A stretch of 64,000 bases of DNA from Verrucomicrobiia bacterium (GTDB taxonomy: Bacteria > Verrucomicrobiota > Verrucomicrobiia > Limisphaerales > Palsa-1400), in NCBI GenBank assembly GCA_036501625.1, contig DASXZY010000078.1, positions 21,040 to 85,039 of the forward strand. Direction: 5' to 3'. The translations under genes were made by a program, and so were the position numbers. Shown one piece after another: positions 19,401-27,202 of the stretch (position 1 is the stretch's first letter; the number at the start of each line of letters is the position of its first letter). The notes beneath the pieces are model-generated. The model did not search any database and was not told where the DNA came from. It was given only the letters and a program-made list of their open reading frames with translations.

Positions 19401-19557
19401 CATGTCCGCCATGGTGCCGCCGCTGCGCGAATTGGAAAAGCGCGGCAAGGAAGGCAACTTGGGGGATTCAGACGAATTATTTGAGCGCGCCAACCGGCAT
19501 CTGGAATGGACCCGCAACAAAGTTGGGACCTACATCCGCCAATACCAACATCAATGA
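16468..19557 (+). CDS. hybrid sensor histidine kinase (membrane N-domain, PAS, HisKA, HATPase, REC, REC, Hpt)
   Basis: H-box FLAKMSHEIRTPMNGV; N/G boxes VNLVSNAVKFT, DTGIGI, GGTGLGLAISK; REC1 VLIVDDNQ..LDMHMPGMNG; REC2 VLLAEDN..MDCQMPQMDGYE..KP; C-terminal Hpt VDHFAHKLVGASLACGM. TTG start. Confidence 0.9.
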   Translation: MSNSEYETNAKNPAKERAATIFRALNETTYKQTDRMFAWLIAFEWLAAMAAASLISPRVLPSDRPMQLVGTAMALAGMVYLFPLFLALRYPGRSLTRHVIAAGQMLTPSLFIYLTGGGFETHFFIFGALASLASYRDVWILASATLVVAGDHVLGQWVRSVVDGAHSAPWGWVQFTGWVLFEDTLLSLWIWESLRLVERIALHQAGQQILHETIESEVNEHLEALHQENTKYKQSQALLQQSEAKFRTLGESSPDSIFLADSIGQWVYCNSPWAKMTGLSVSDSLGHGWIRTLHPDDKEKILQQWDQTLRERKDLSLEFRLVTAAGEVRWVACRTAPIQYDAGNTGETGGYAGSIKDISSYKESEDALRRAKTEAEAAVKAKGEFLAKMSHEIRTPMNGVLGMTNLLADTEMSSQQREYTETIRRSAESLLLLINDVLDFSKVEARKLIFETIDFNLQETIEGSLELLAETAQAKNIELAGFVLADVPTQLRGDPGRLRQVFVNLVSNAVKFTEYGEVVVSVANMSETETQVDLRFEVRDTGIGISQDVQPRLFQVFSQADSSTTRRYGGTGLGLAISKQLIELMGGQIGFTSVPGQGSTFWFTARFEKQAMHVKAAAEPANLSNLHVLIVDDNQTSRRILEDQMQGWGIRASCASGAQEALEVLQDASLPRVDVVVLDMHMPGMNGIALAEVIKADPRLARARIIILTSLGHLLDDTQLERIGIEACLVKPVKQGRLYECLTGARNLPKKPAQNAPSSPAAAPAPAKPLRVLLAEDNIINQKVAVAQLRKLGFTPDVVGNGMEAVEATVRHHYDVILMDCQMPQMDGYEATRNIRAREESEGGKPVYIIAMTANAMQGDREKCLEARMNDYLSKPVKDTDLKAALVRSQIAPVDPAEEEAARESLMTATIGGELVLDVERLEAAANDDPVMVQELVDLYFAQAKDLMNGLRAAINSSSAKDVDHFAHKLVGASLACGMSAMVPPLRELEKRGKEGNLGDSDELFERANRHLEWTRNKVGTYIRQYQHQ

Positions 19558-19946
19558 ATACTGCTGCTGCTGCTGCCCTCGAGAACCCCGCCGCCAGGCC
19601 CCTGGTGGACTTGGACCAACTCAATTCCGCCTGCGACGGCGACACCCAATTGATGCGGGACCTGATTGACCTTTACATGGGCCAGGCCGATCAAATCATC
19701 GCCGGCCTCGGCCCCGCCATCGAAGCGGGCGACGTCGCGGAGGTCGATCATCTTTCCCACAAACTGGCCGGCTCCAGCCTGGCCTGCGGGATGTCCGCCC
19801 TGGTGCCGGCGCTCCGGCAACTGGAACACAACGCCAAGGCCGGCCACCTCAACGGCGCGCCTCATTGGTTCGCGCAGGCCTGCGCGCAATTGCAGGCCGT
19901 CCGGCGCTTCATGCGGGACTATCTCCAACAACAACACTCAGGCTAA
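19554..19946 (+). CDS. stand-alone Hpt phosphotransfer protein
   Basis: ATG 19554 overlaps the kinase stop (ATGA). VDHLSHKLAGSSLACGMSALVPALRQLE is a close paralogue of the kinase's own Hpt. Confidence 0.8.
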   Translation: MNTAAAAALENPAARPLVDLDQLNSACDGDTQLMRDLIDLYMGQADQIIAGLGPAIEAGDVAEVDHLSHKLAGSSLACGMSALVPALRQLEHNAKAGHLNGAPHWFAQACAQLQAVRRFMRDYLQQQHSG

Positions 19947-19956
19947 CAGCGCAAGG

Positions 19957-21474
19957 ATGAAAAAAATTCTGATTATCGAGGACGAATTGGTCGTCCGCTC
20001 GATCTACCGCCGCAAATTCGAAATGTCCGGCTACAAGGTCGAAACGGCCGAGGAGGGGCCGGCCGCGCTGAAGATGCTGCCGGATTTCCAGCCCGATTTG
20101 ATCCAGGTGGACATCATGCTGCCGGGCATGGATGGCGTGGAAGTCATCCGCAAAATTCGGGCCATGCCTGCGTTCAGCAATGTGCCGATTTTAGTCTTGT
20201 CAAGTTTCTACCGCCCGGACCTGGCCAAAGAGGCCTGGAAAGCGGGCGCCTCCAAGTGCGTATCCAAGATGGATTGCACGCCCGTGCTCGCTCTCGATCT
20301 GGTCGAGCAGTTGCTCAGCGGCGAGGACACCCGGTTTACTCCCAAATACGGCACCATTCCGCTGCCCAAAGGCGCCCTGGCCGATCTCCCCTCCAAAACG
20401 AACGCTGTCAAACAGCCGGCTTCAGCCATGGAAGCGCCGCCGCCCTGGCCCCAGGAGCCAAGGGAGCTTCCCGCGCCGCCCAAGCTGAAGATTGATTTAA
20501 ACCTGCCGCCTTCCAATGGCGCCATTCCCAGCCGGCCGACGTTCGCGCAGGAAAATTCGGGCGGCGCCAATGGCGCGCCCAAGAATTATTCGGCGCAGTG
20601 GCCGGCGGGGGGCCGGATAAGCCTCAAGTCCGCCCAGATGGAGCGTTTGTCCGATCCCGGCCATCAGCCGCTGGCCGCCGCTGCCGCGCCGCCGCCATCG
20701 GAGCCGGAGGCAAGCGAACCGCCGCCCGCGGCCGGGCCGGATTTCCGCCTCGAAATCCGCCAGGATTTTCTCAAACGCGTTCCGCAGATTCAGTCGGAAT
20801 TGCGCGAACGGGTTGGGGCCTTGATCCGCAGCAAGAGCACGACCGAGCAATTAAAGCTGTTGAAGGATTTGGAAGGCTCCATTTCTTCGCTGGCCAGCCT
20901 GGCGGGCATCACCGGCTTCAGCCGCGTCTCCCATCTTTCCGGCTCGCTCGACGCCCTCATCAAGGACCTCAACCGCAAGCCCAGCCAGATGACCGCCTCC
21001 GTGTTGCGCACCATCGCCCATGCCATGGATTGCCTCAACGCGCTCTTTCGGGATTTGTCCCACGTCCCGCGGGACGTGCCGCCCTCGATGTTGATCCTGG
21101 TCGTCGATGACGAGCCAATTTCGCGCCGCACCATTTCGGTCGCGTTGAGCAAAGCCAATCTGCGCTGCATCTCGCTGGAGGATTCGCAAATGGCCTTGAC
21201 GGTGCTTAAGGAAAACCCGTTCGACTTAATTTTTCTTGACGCGGAAATGCCTGGCTTGAACGGCTTCGAGCTTTGCACCCAATTGCGCAAGCTTCCCACC
21301 AACAAGAACACACCGGTCATTTTCGTGACAAGCCTGACGAAATTTGAAACCCGCGCCCAATCCTCTCTTTCCGGCGGCAACGATCTTATTGCGAAGCCAT
21401 TCCTGATGATGGAACTGGCCGTCAAGGCGCTGACCTATCTGCTCAAGCCGCCCGTTACCAAAGCTTCGTCTTAA
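19957..21474 (+). CDS. response regulator with REC, Pro-rich linker, Hpt-like domain and second REC; no output domain
   Basis: MKKILIIEDE..QVDIMLPGMDG..; central FSRVSHLSGSLDALIKDL (HxxxG-type Hpt motif); C-terminal LILVVDDEP..FLDAEMPGLNG..AKPF. The track start 19666 is an upstream extension. Confidence 0.8.
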   Translation: MKKILIIEDELVVRSIYRRKFEMSGYKVETAEEGPAALKMLPDFQPDLIQVDIMLPGMDGVEVIRKIRAMPAFSNVPILVLSSFYRPDLAKEAWKAGASKCVSKMDCTPVLALDLVEQLLSGEDTRFTPKYGTIPLPKGALADLPSKTNAVKQPASAMEAPPPWPQEPRELPAPPKLKIDLNLPPSNGAIPSRPTFAQENSGGANGAPKNYSAQWPAGGRISLKSAQMERLSDPGHQPLAAAAAPPPSEPEASEPPPAAGPDFRLEIRQDFLKRVPQIQSELRERVGALIRSKSTTEQLKLLKDLEGSISSLASLAGITGFSRVSHLSGSLDALIKDLNRKPSQMTASVLRTIAHAMDCLNALFRDLSHVPRDVPPSMLILVVDDEPISRRTISVALSKANLRCISLEDSQMALTVLKENPFDLIFLDAEMPGLNGFELCTQLRKLPTNKNTPVIFVTSLTKFETRAQSSLSGGNDLIAKPFLMMELAVKALTYLLKPPVTKASS

Positions 21475-21502
21475 TCATTATCTTAATCTCTTCTTCGATT
21501 AA
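21469..21502. repeat. two TCTTAATC 8-mers 12 nt apart, followed by an inverted GATTAA
   Basis: TCTTAATC at 21469-76 (contains the response-regulator stop codon) and 21481-88; GATTAA at 21497-502. About 75 nt upstream of nadA. Confidence 0.8.
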
Positions 21503-21576
21503 CATTAGCGAGTTGGAGTCAGAGCAGGGCGAAGAAAGAGGTTTGCCCTCCGCCCGATTTATCCCAATATTGTGGC

Positions 21577-22593
21577 ATGATTGATCTTGCGGCCAGGGGA
21601 CAGGGGACGGAATCGGATTTTGTCACGCGCATTCCTCTGCCCCCGCAGCGGCTGGATGCTCTTTCGCGCGACATCCTCCAGCTTAAAAAGGAGATGAACG
21701 CCATCATCCTGGCCCACAATTACCAGGTGCCGGAAATCCAGGACGTGGCCGATTATGTCGGCGATTCGCTCGGCCTTTCCCAGCAGGCGGCCAAAACGAA
21801 GGCGGAAGTCATCGTCTTTTGCGGAGTCCATTTTATGGCCGAGACGGCCAAAATTCTCAACCCCGGCAAGACTGTTCTGCTGCCGGACAAAGACGCTGGC
21901 TGCTCGCTGGAAGCCAGTTGCCCCGCGCCCAAGCTGGCCGCCTTTCAGGCCGTGAACCCCAATTTTTACACCATCGCCTATATCAATTGCAGCGCGGAAG
22001 TCAAAGCCCTCAGCGATGTGATTTGCACCAGCGGCAACGCCGTCAAGATCGTCAACGCCAGCCCCAAAGAACGCGATTTGCTTTTCGTCCCGGATGAAAA
22101 CCTGGGCGCATGGGTCATGGAACAAACGGGCCGCAAGATGACGCTGTGGGAGGGCAATTGCTACGCGCACGTTGAGTTTACGCATGCCGGGATCACGCGC
22201 ATCCGCCGCGAGTTTCCCGACGCCCCGCTGGTCGCGCACCCCGAATGCACCAAGGCCGTCCGCCTGCTCGCCGACGAAATTTGCTCCACCGAAAAGATGG
22301 TGGCTTTTTGCCGGAGCAACCCCGGCCCCGTGTTTCTCATCGCGACCGAAGCCGGCATGATTCACCGCCTCAACAAGGAATGCCCGGGCAAACGGTTCAT
22401 CCCCGTGCCGGTGGAAAACTGCCGCTGCAACGAGTGCAAATTCATGAAGATGAATACGCTGGAAAAACTTTACGATTGCATGGCCAGCCGCGGCCCCAGC
22501 GTCGAGTTGAGTCCCGCTCTCATTGAGCGCGCGCGCCGGCCGATTGAGCGGATGCTGGAAATCTCCTCCCAGCCGCTCGCCAACGCCGGTTGA
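21577..22593 (+). CDS. nadA: quinolinate synthase
   Basis: ILAHNYQVPEIQDVADYVGDSL, FCGVHFMAETAKILNP, YINCSAEVKA, VAHPEC: classic NadA blocks. Confidence 0.95.
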   Translation: MIDLAARGQGTESDFVTRIPLPPQRLDALSRDILQLKKEMNAIILAHNYQVPEIQDVADYVGDSLGLSQQAAKTKAEVIVFCGVHFMAETAKILNPGKTVLLPDKDAGCSLEASCPAPKLAAFQAVNPNFYTIAYINCSAEVKALSDVICTSGNAVKIVNASPKERDLLFVPDENLGAWVMEQTGRKMTLWEGNCYAHVEFTHAGITRIRREFPDAPLVAHPECTKAVRLLADEICSTEKMVAFCRSNPGPVFLIATEAGMIHRLNKECPGKRFIPVPVENCRCNECKFMKMNTLEKLYDCMASRGPSVELSPALIERARRPIERMLEISSQPLANAG

Positions 22594-22599
22594 ACAGGC

Positions 22600-23031
22600 T
22601 CACGCCTGGGGAAACATTGACATTACTGCCCATTCCGCCCGCAGCCTTTGCAGGAGGCGCGCGTCCGCGGCGGGGAAATCGTAATCCGCCAATTGCTCCG
22701 CCCCGATCCAAGCCAGGTCATGGCATAGAATGGCCTGGGCTTCATGCCGCAGCCAGCGGCAGCGGAAAAATTTCAGATGCACGGAGCGGTCGGGATAATC
22801 ATGAGTCAACTCCTCCACCACCTCGTGCGTTTGCACTTCGATGCCCAATTCCTCCGCCAGTTCGCGCCGGAGGCATTCCTCGCAAGTCTCGCCCGGTTCG
22901 CGTTTGCCGCCGGGGAATTCCCACAACCCGCCCAAATGCGCTTCAGGCAGCCGCCGGGTGATGAGCATCTTTCCATCACGAAAAACCAGGCCCGCCGCCA
23001 CTTCAATCGGAGCCGGGCCTCCGCCACTCAT
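22600..23031 (-). CDS. NUDIX hydrolase, MutT-like (8-oxo-dGTP diphosphatase type)
   Basis: Nudix box GLWEFPGGKREPGETCEECLRRELAEELGIEV. 4-nt overlap with the ugd stop. Confidence 0.85.
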   Translation of the reverse strand: MSGGGPAPIEVAAGLVFRDGKMLITRRLPEAHLGGLWEFPGGKREPGETCEECLRRELAEELGIEVQTHEVVEELTHDYPDRSVHLKFFRCRWLRHEAQAILCHDLAWIGAEQLADYDFPAADARLLQRLRAEWAVMSMFPQA

Positions 23032-24326
23032 GAGTGTCCCCGCCCGATGCTCTTGTAGAGGAAGCCCATCCGTTCCATTTCCTCAGCATCAAATAGGTTT
23101 CGCCCATCGAAAATAATGGGATGCGCCAAATTCTTGCGCACGCGCTCCAAATCCAACTTTTTGAACTGCGGCCATTCCGTGGCGATGATCAAAGCGTCGC
23201 AGCCTTCCGATACGTCGTCCATGTCCGCCACGTATTCGGCATCGGGCAGGACTTGGCGGGCTTTCTGCATCGCTTCGGGATCATGCACGCGCAGGCGCGC
23301 TCCTTCTTTTTGCAGCCGGTGGCACAAGTCGATGGCCGGGGACATCCGCACGTCGTCGGTATTTTGTTTGAAGGCCAGCCCCAGCACGCCCAGGGTTTTG
23401 CCTTTGACGACCCAGAGCGTGTCCGAAATCTTTTTGACAAACCGATCCATTTGCTCCGCGTTGATCTTCTGCACTTCCTTGAGCAGTCCGAAATTGTAGC
23501 CCATCGACTCCGAAATCCGAATGAACGCGCTCAAATCCTTTGGAAAGCAACTGCCTCCGAAACCCAGCGACGCATCCAAAAACCTCCGCCCAATCCGCGC
23601 GTCCATCCCCATTCCTTCGGCCACTTTCTGCACATTGGCCCCGGAAAGTTCGCACAACACGGACACCGCGTTGATGTAGGAAATCTTCAGCGCCAAAAAT
23701 GAATTGGCCGCGTGCTTGATCAATTCCGCCGAATTGATGTCCGTCACGATGACCGGCGCATTGAACGGCGCGTAAATCTCTCTCATGGCCGGCACCGGGC
23801 GCTGCGAGGCCGCTCCGATCACGACGCGGTCCGGCTTCATAAAATCATCCACCGCGAAGCCCTCGCGCAGAAACTCCGGGTTGCTCACCACGTCGAAATC
23901 CACCTTGGCCTTGCAATAGCGCTTGATCGTCTCGGCCACTTTCTCGCCCGTTTTGACCGGAACCGTGCTTTTATCAACTACAATTTTGTAGGCTTTCATC
24001 GCCCCGGCGATCTCGCGCGATACCCCCTCGATAAAGCTCAAATCCACCGAGCCATCCGGCAGGGCAGGGGTTGGCACGGCGATGAAGATGACCTCCGATT
24101 GCTCCACTCCTTCTTGGGTGCTGTCAGTAAACCGGAGGCGCCCGGCGCGGACGTTGTGTTCGACAAGCTCTTGCAGCCCCGGCTCGTAAATCGGCATCCC
24201 GCCGCTTTGCAGCAGCTTGATTTTCTCGCTGTCCTTATCGACGCAGATGACGTCGTGCCCGCCTTCGGCGAAACAAGTCCCCGTGACAAGCCCCACGTAA
24301 CCTGTGCCAACCAGCGTCAGCTTCAT
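23028..24326 (-). CDS. ugd: UDP-glucose 6-dehydrogenase
   Basis: MKLTLVGTGYVGLVTGTCFAEGGHDV, GGSCFPKDL catalytic Cys block, about 430 aa. Confidence 0.95.
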   Translation of the reverse strand: MKLTLVGTGYVGLVTGTCFAEGGHDVICVDKDSEKIKLLQSGGMPIYEPGLQELVEHNVRAGRLRFTDSTQEGVEQSEVIFIAVPTPALPDGSVDLSFIEGVSREIAGAMKAYKIVVDKSTVPVKTGEKVAETIKRYCKAKVDFDVVSNPEFLREGFAVDDFMKPDRVVIGAASQRPVPAMREIYAPFNAPVIVTDINSAELIKHAANSFLALKISYINAVSVLCELSGANVQKVAEGMGMDARIGRRFLDASLGFGGSCFPKDLSAFIRISESMGYNFGLLKEVQKINAEQMDRFVKKISDTLWVVKGKTLGVLGLAFKQNTDDVRMSPAIDLCHRLQKEGARLRVHDPEAMQKARQVLPDAEYVADMDDVSEGCDALIIATEWPQFKKLDLERVRKNLAHPIIFDGRNLFDAEEMERMGFLYKSIGRGHS

Positions 24327-25229
24327 TCAAGGCTTGCCAGTTTTGTTGGTCGAGATTCCCTGGAAATTCATCAGCCCGGAGGCGTTGTTGGCGGGCGCGG
24401 CCTTGGGAGCGGACGCGGGCGCGGGGCCGGAGGCTTGCGGGCGGACGGTCGGGTTGACCGTTTCTGGAATGGATAATCCAGCCGGTCCGGGCGCGGCCGC
24501 GGCGCTGTTCAGCACTTTCAACAATTCAGGGTGCTTGGCCACCAGCAGCGCTGCCCGTTCCTGCGCTTCTGACGCCCACGGGTCATACGGATTTTGCCGC
24601 AACATGCGCGCAAGTTCGGCGTAATAGCTCAAGGCTTCCTGGGGTTTGTTGTCATCCTCATACAGCCGGGCCAGCGTCAGCTTGGCGGGCGAGACAATGT
24701 TCGCTTCAGTCGGATACGCCAGGACGATCTCGTGGTACTTGGAAATGGCATCGGCCGTCTTTCCTTCGCCTTCCAGGCAGGCCGCCAATCCGACTTTCGC
24801 TTGGGCAATCAGGCCGGAATCGGGGTAAGTGCTGAGAAATTCAGCGAACTGCTGGGAAGCTTCGGGATATTGCCCCGCCACGAACATGTCTTCGGCCGCC
24901 ATCAGCCGGGCGTGTTCGCCGCTGGGCGTGTTCGGATAATCCTTGGCCACCGCCAGCAAGGGCCCCGTCGGCGTCGCGCCTCCGGCCACCGCGCGCTGGG
25001 TGGGAACGGCGAAAAACTGCTGGTTGGCGTCGGTTTCATCCTGGGCCTTTTTCCACGACACAACGGCCCACGCCAGCCCCGCCACCGCCACCACGACCGC
25101 TCCGATCGTAAGCTGCTTGCGATGGGCGTGCGCCCATTCCATTATCTTTATGTACGAATCTGTAGATTCGGTCGATTGCGTTGTTTCTGCTTCCATAAAT
25201 GGACGGACATTCTCCCCATCTTCGCCCAA
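24327..25229 (-). CDS. membrane-anchored tetratricopeptide-repeat protein (YbgF/YfgM-like)
   Basis: One TM (LTIGAVVVAVAGLAWAVV), TPR-like helices (AGQYPEASQQFAEFLSTYPDSGL..AKLTLARLYEDDNKPQEALSYY), Ala/Pro-rich tail. Start uncertain (alternative ATGs at 25196 and 25142). Confidence 0.65.
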   Translation of the reverse strand: MGEDGENVRPFMEAETTQSTESTDSYIKIMEWAHAHRKQLTIGAVVVAVAGLAWAVVSWKKAQDETDANQQFFAVPTQRAVAGGATPTGPLLAVAKDYPNTPSGEHARLMAAEDMFVAGQYPEASQQFAEFLSTYPDSGLIAQAKVGLAACLEGEGKTADAISKYHEIVLAYPTEANIVSPAKLTLARLYEDDNKPQEALSYYAELARMLRQNPYDPWASEAQERAALLVAKHPELLKVLNSAAAAPGPAGLSIPETVNPTVRPQASGPAPASAPKAAPANNASGLMNFQGISTNKTGKP

Positions 25230-25286
25230 ACGGCAAGAGAAATTGTCCGATTTCCTCTTTCGGCGGCTTCTATATTATAAAGGAAC

Positions 25287-26681
25287 ATGGACGACGATGC
25301 CACATGGTTGCGCGAATATGCCGAGAATGGCTCGGATCGGGCCTTTTCCGCCTTGGTCCAGCGCTATTTTAATCTCGTTTACTCCGCCGCGCTGCGCCTT
25401 GGCCAGGGAGACGCTGCCCTGGCCCAGGACGTCGCCCAAAGCGTCTTCACCGATTTCGCCTGCAAGGCCAGGTCGCTTCCGCGCGATGTTCTTCTGGGCG
25501 GCTGGCTTTACAAGCACACCTGTTTCGCCGCGGCCAGCGCAATCCGAAAAGAGCGCCGGAGGCAGGCGCGTGAAAGGCAGGCATTCGAGATGAATACGGA
25601 CACCGGCGAATCAGATACCGTTTGGACGAAGGTTGCCCCCCTGATGGATCACGCCTTGGGCCGCCTGGGCGACAGCGACCGCCACGCCGTCGTGCTGCGT
25701 TTCTTTGAGCAAAGGTCATTCAAATCCGTCGGCGGCGCGTTAGGCATCAGCGAAGAAGCGGCGCGCAAGCGGGTGGACCGCGCGCTGGACAAACTGCGCG
25801 TCTTCTTCGGCCAGCGCGGATTAAGTTTTTCTGCCGCCGTGCTCACCGCCGCGCTGGATGCCCATGCCGGCGCCAGCGCCCCTGCCGGAATGGCCTCAGC
25901 CGTCGCGAGCGCCGCGCTGGCCCATGCTGCTCATGGCGGCGGGGCCGGCCTTTCTTTATTTATGGCTATGACAAAAACACATCTGACATTGGCCGCTGCC
26001 GTGGCGGGCCTGGCGACGGCCGTCGTCCTCCAATCACAATCAAACACGCGCCTTCAGCGGCAAAACGCCGACTTGCGCCACCAAGCCGCGCAATTGGACC
26101 AGCTTCGCGCGGACAACGAACGGCTGGCCGCCCGGCCCGCCGCGCCGCAGTTGGGCCAAGAGCAATTCCGTGAATTGCTGCGCCTTCGCGGCGAGGCTGG
26201 AACGTTGAAAGGCCAGCTCACCGCCGCCAAAAAAGCCCTCGCGGCTGCTGCCGCGAACTCTCCCCGCGAATCGGCCCCGCCTTCCGCCTCCGAGAGCCAG
26301 GATGGCCCCGCGCAGCAAGCCGCCGTCGCCAAAATATCCTACGCCAAGCAATGGATGCTGGCTTTTATCCTGTATGCTGGAGATCACCAGTCCGCGTGCC
26401 CGACCAATTTCGAGCAAGCCGCCCTTTACTGGCCCAAAGACGCGTCGGAAACCAGCCTCACAACCAACCAATTTAAGGTCTTCTATCCCGGCGCCTTCAA
26501 TGAGATCACCAATCCCTCGGGAACGATCATCGTCGGCGAAACCGAGCCTGTTCAGGGGCCATACGGTGGCTGGTTCAAAACCTACGGTTTCGCGGACGGT
26601 CATTCCGAAATGCACAAGGAAGCCGACGGCAATTTCGCGCCATGGGAAAACCTGCACACGCAAATTCCGTCCGAAAAGTGA
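25287..26681 (+). CDS. ECF sigma factor fused to a TM segment, coiled coil and a DUF1559/pseudopilin-like C-terminal domain
   Basis: Region 2 FSALVQRYFNLVYSAALRL..GWLYKHTCF; region 4 AVVLRFFEQRSFKSVGGALGISEEAARKRVDRALDKLR; TM LTLAAAVAGLATAVVL; heptad region LRHQAAQLDQLRADNERL; tail AKQWMLAFILYAGDH..YGFADGHSEMH. Confidence 0.8.
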   Translation: MDDDATWLREYAENGSDRAFSALVQRYFNLVYSAALRLGQGDAALAQDVAQSVFTDFACKARSLPRDVLLGGWLYKHTCFAAASAIRKERRRQARERQAFEMNTDTGESDTVWTKVAPLMDHALGRLGDSDRHAVVLRFFEQRSFKSVGGALGISEEAARKRVDRALDKLRVFFGQRGLSFSAAVLTAALDAHAGASAPAGMASAVASAALAHAAHGGGAGLSLFMAMTKTHLTLAAAVAGLATAVVLQSQSNTRLQRQNADLRHQAAQLDQLRADNERLAARPAAPQLGQEQFRELLRLRGEAGTLKGQLTAAKKALAAAAANSPRESAPPSASESQDGPAQQAAVAKISYAKQWMLAFILYAGDHQSACPTNFEQAALYWPKDASETSLTTNQFKVFYPGAFNEITNPSGTIIVGETEPVQGPYGGWFKTYGFADGHSEMHKEADGNFAPWENLHTQIPSEK

Positions 26682-26718
26682 TTTTTGTAAGTTGCACAAA
26701 ATAAACAGCTTACAAAAA
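26682..26718. other. 10-bp perfect inverted repeat TTTTTGTAAG-N17-CTTACAAAAA
   Basis: Starts 1 nt after the sigma-fusion stop codon. No downstream U-run, so not a canonical intrinsic terminator. Confidence 0.6.
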
Positions 26719-26877
26719 AGACATCCGAAAAATCAGCCGTTTTTGCAGAAAAACAGAGGGGCCAGCCAAAAAAAATGACCCTTTGCGCAAACGTTTTCTC
26801 AATTCTCTGCGCTCTGGAGGTTTGCAAGCCGCTATTCCGCAGCAACTTCCACAGGCGCGGCTCGTTCAAAAAAAATC

Positions 26878-26916
26878 ATGTCAAAAACCCACTGTAGGTT
26901 TTCGTGTTTTTGACAT
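26878..26916. other. 11-bp perfect inverted repeat ATGTCAAAAAC-N17-GTTTTTGACAT
   Basis: Read directly. Lies in the 520-nt non-coding gap, 4 nt upstream of a TGGCAC motif. Confidence 0.6.
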
Positions 26917-26919
26917 TTC

Positions 26920-26934
26920 TGGCACAATTGCCGC
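26920..26934 (+). promoter_or_regulatory. weak sigma54-like -24/-12 element TGGCAC-N5-CCGC
   Basis: GG and GC are at the canonical 10-nt spacing and TGGCAC is perfect, but the -12 region is CCGC rather than TTGC. About 270 nt upstream of the pfkB-type kinase. Confidence 0.2.
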
Positions 26935-27202
26935 GTGAACATAAAAAATTGTTCAGAAGAGAAAGACGCCCGCCGCCGCCATCGGCAGGATCAGGCCGCC
27001 GCCGCGCTCCGCCAAAACAGGGCAGAACAAGCCTGCACAAGCCATTTTCGAGAAAAACAAACCTCGGCAACGGCGCCCGATGCCTTCAAGGCGCCACCGA
27101 GGCGGCGTCCCAGCCTCCACCCTAAATCCAGCCAGATTGCACCAAGTTACGCCTGATTACGGTTAGACAACCTATTTCCTAAATATTCCACCCCCAAAAA
27201 CC

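Noticed and set aside
21475-21576. Possible NAD+ riboswitch (nadA motif) in the nadA leader
   Set aside because: The gene context is right, but I could not find the paired-domain architecture or the ACANCCCC-type bulge I remember for this motif. The leader is short (102 nt) and dominated by the TCTTAATC repeats. An Infernal scan with RF03013 is needed to settle it.
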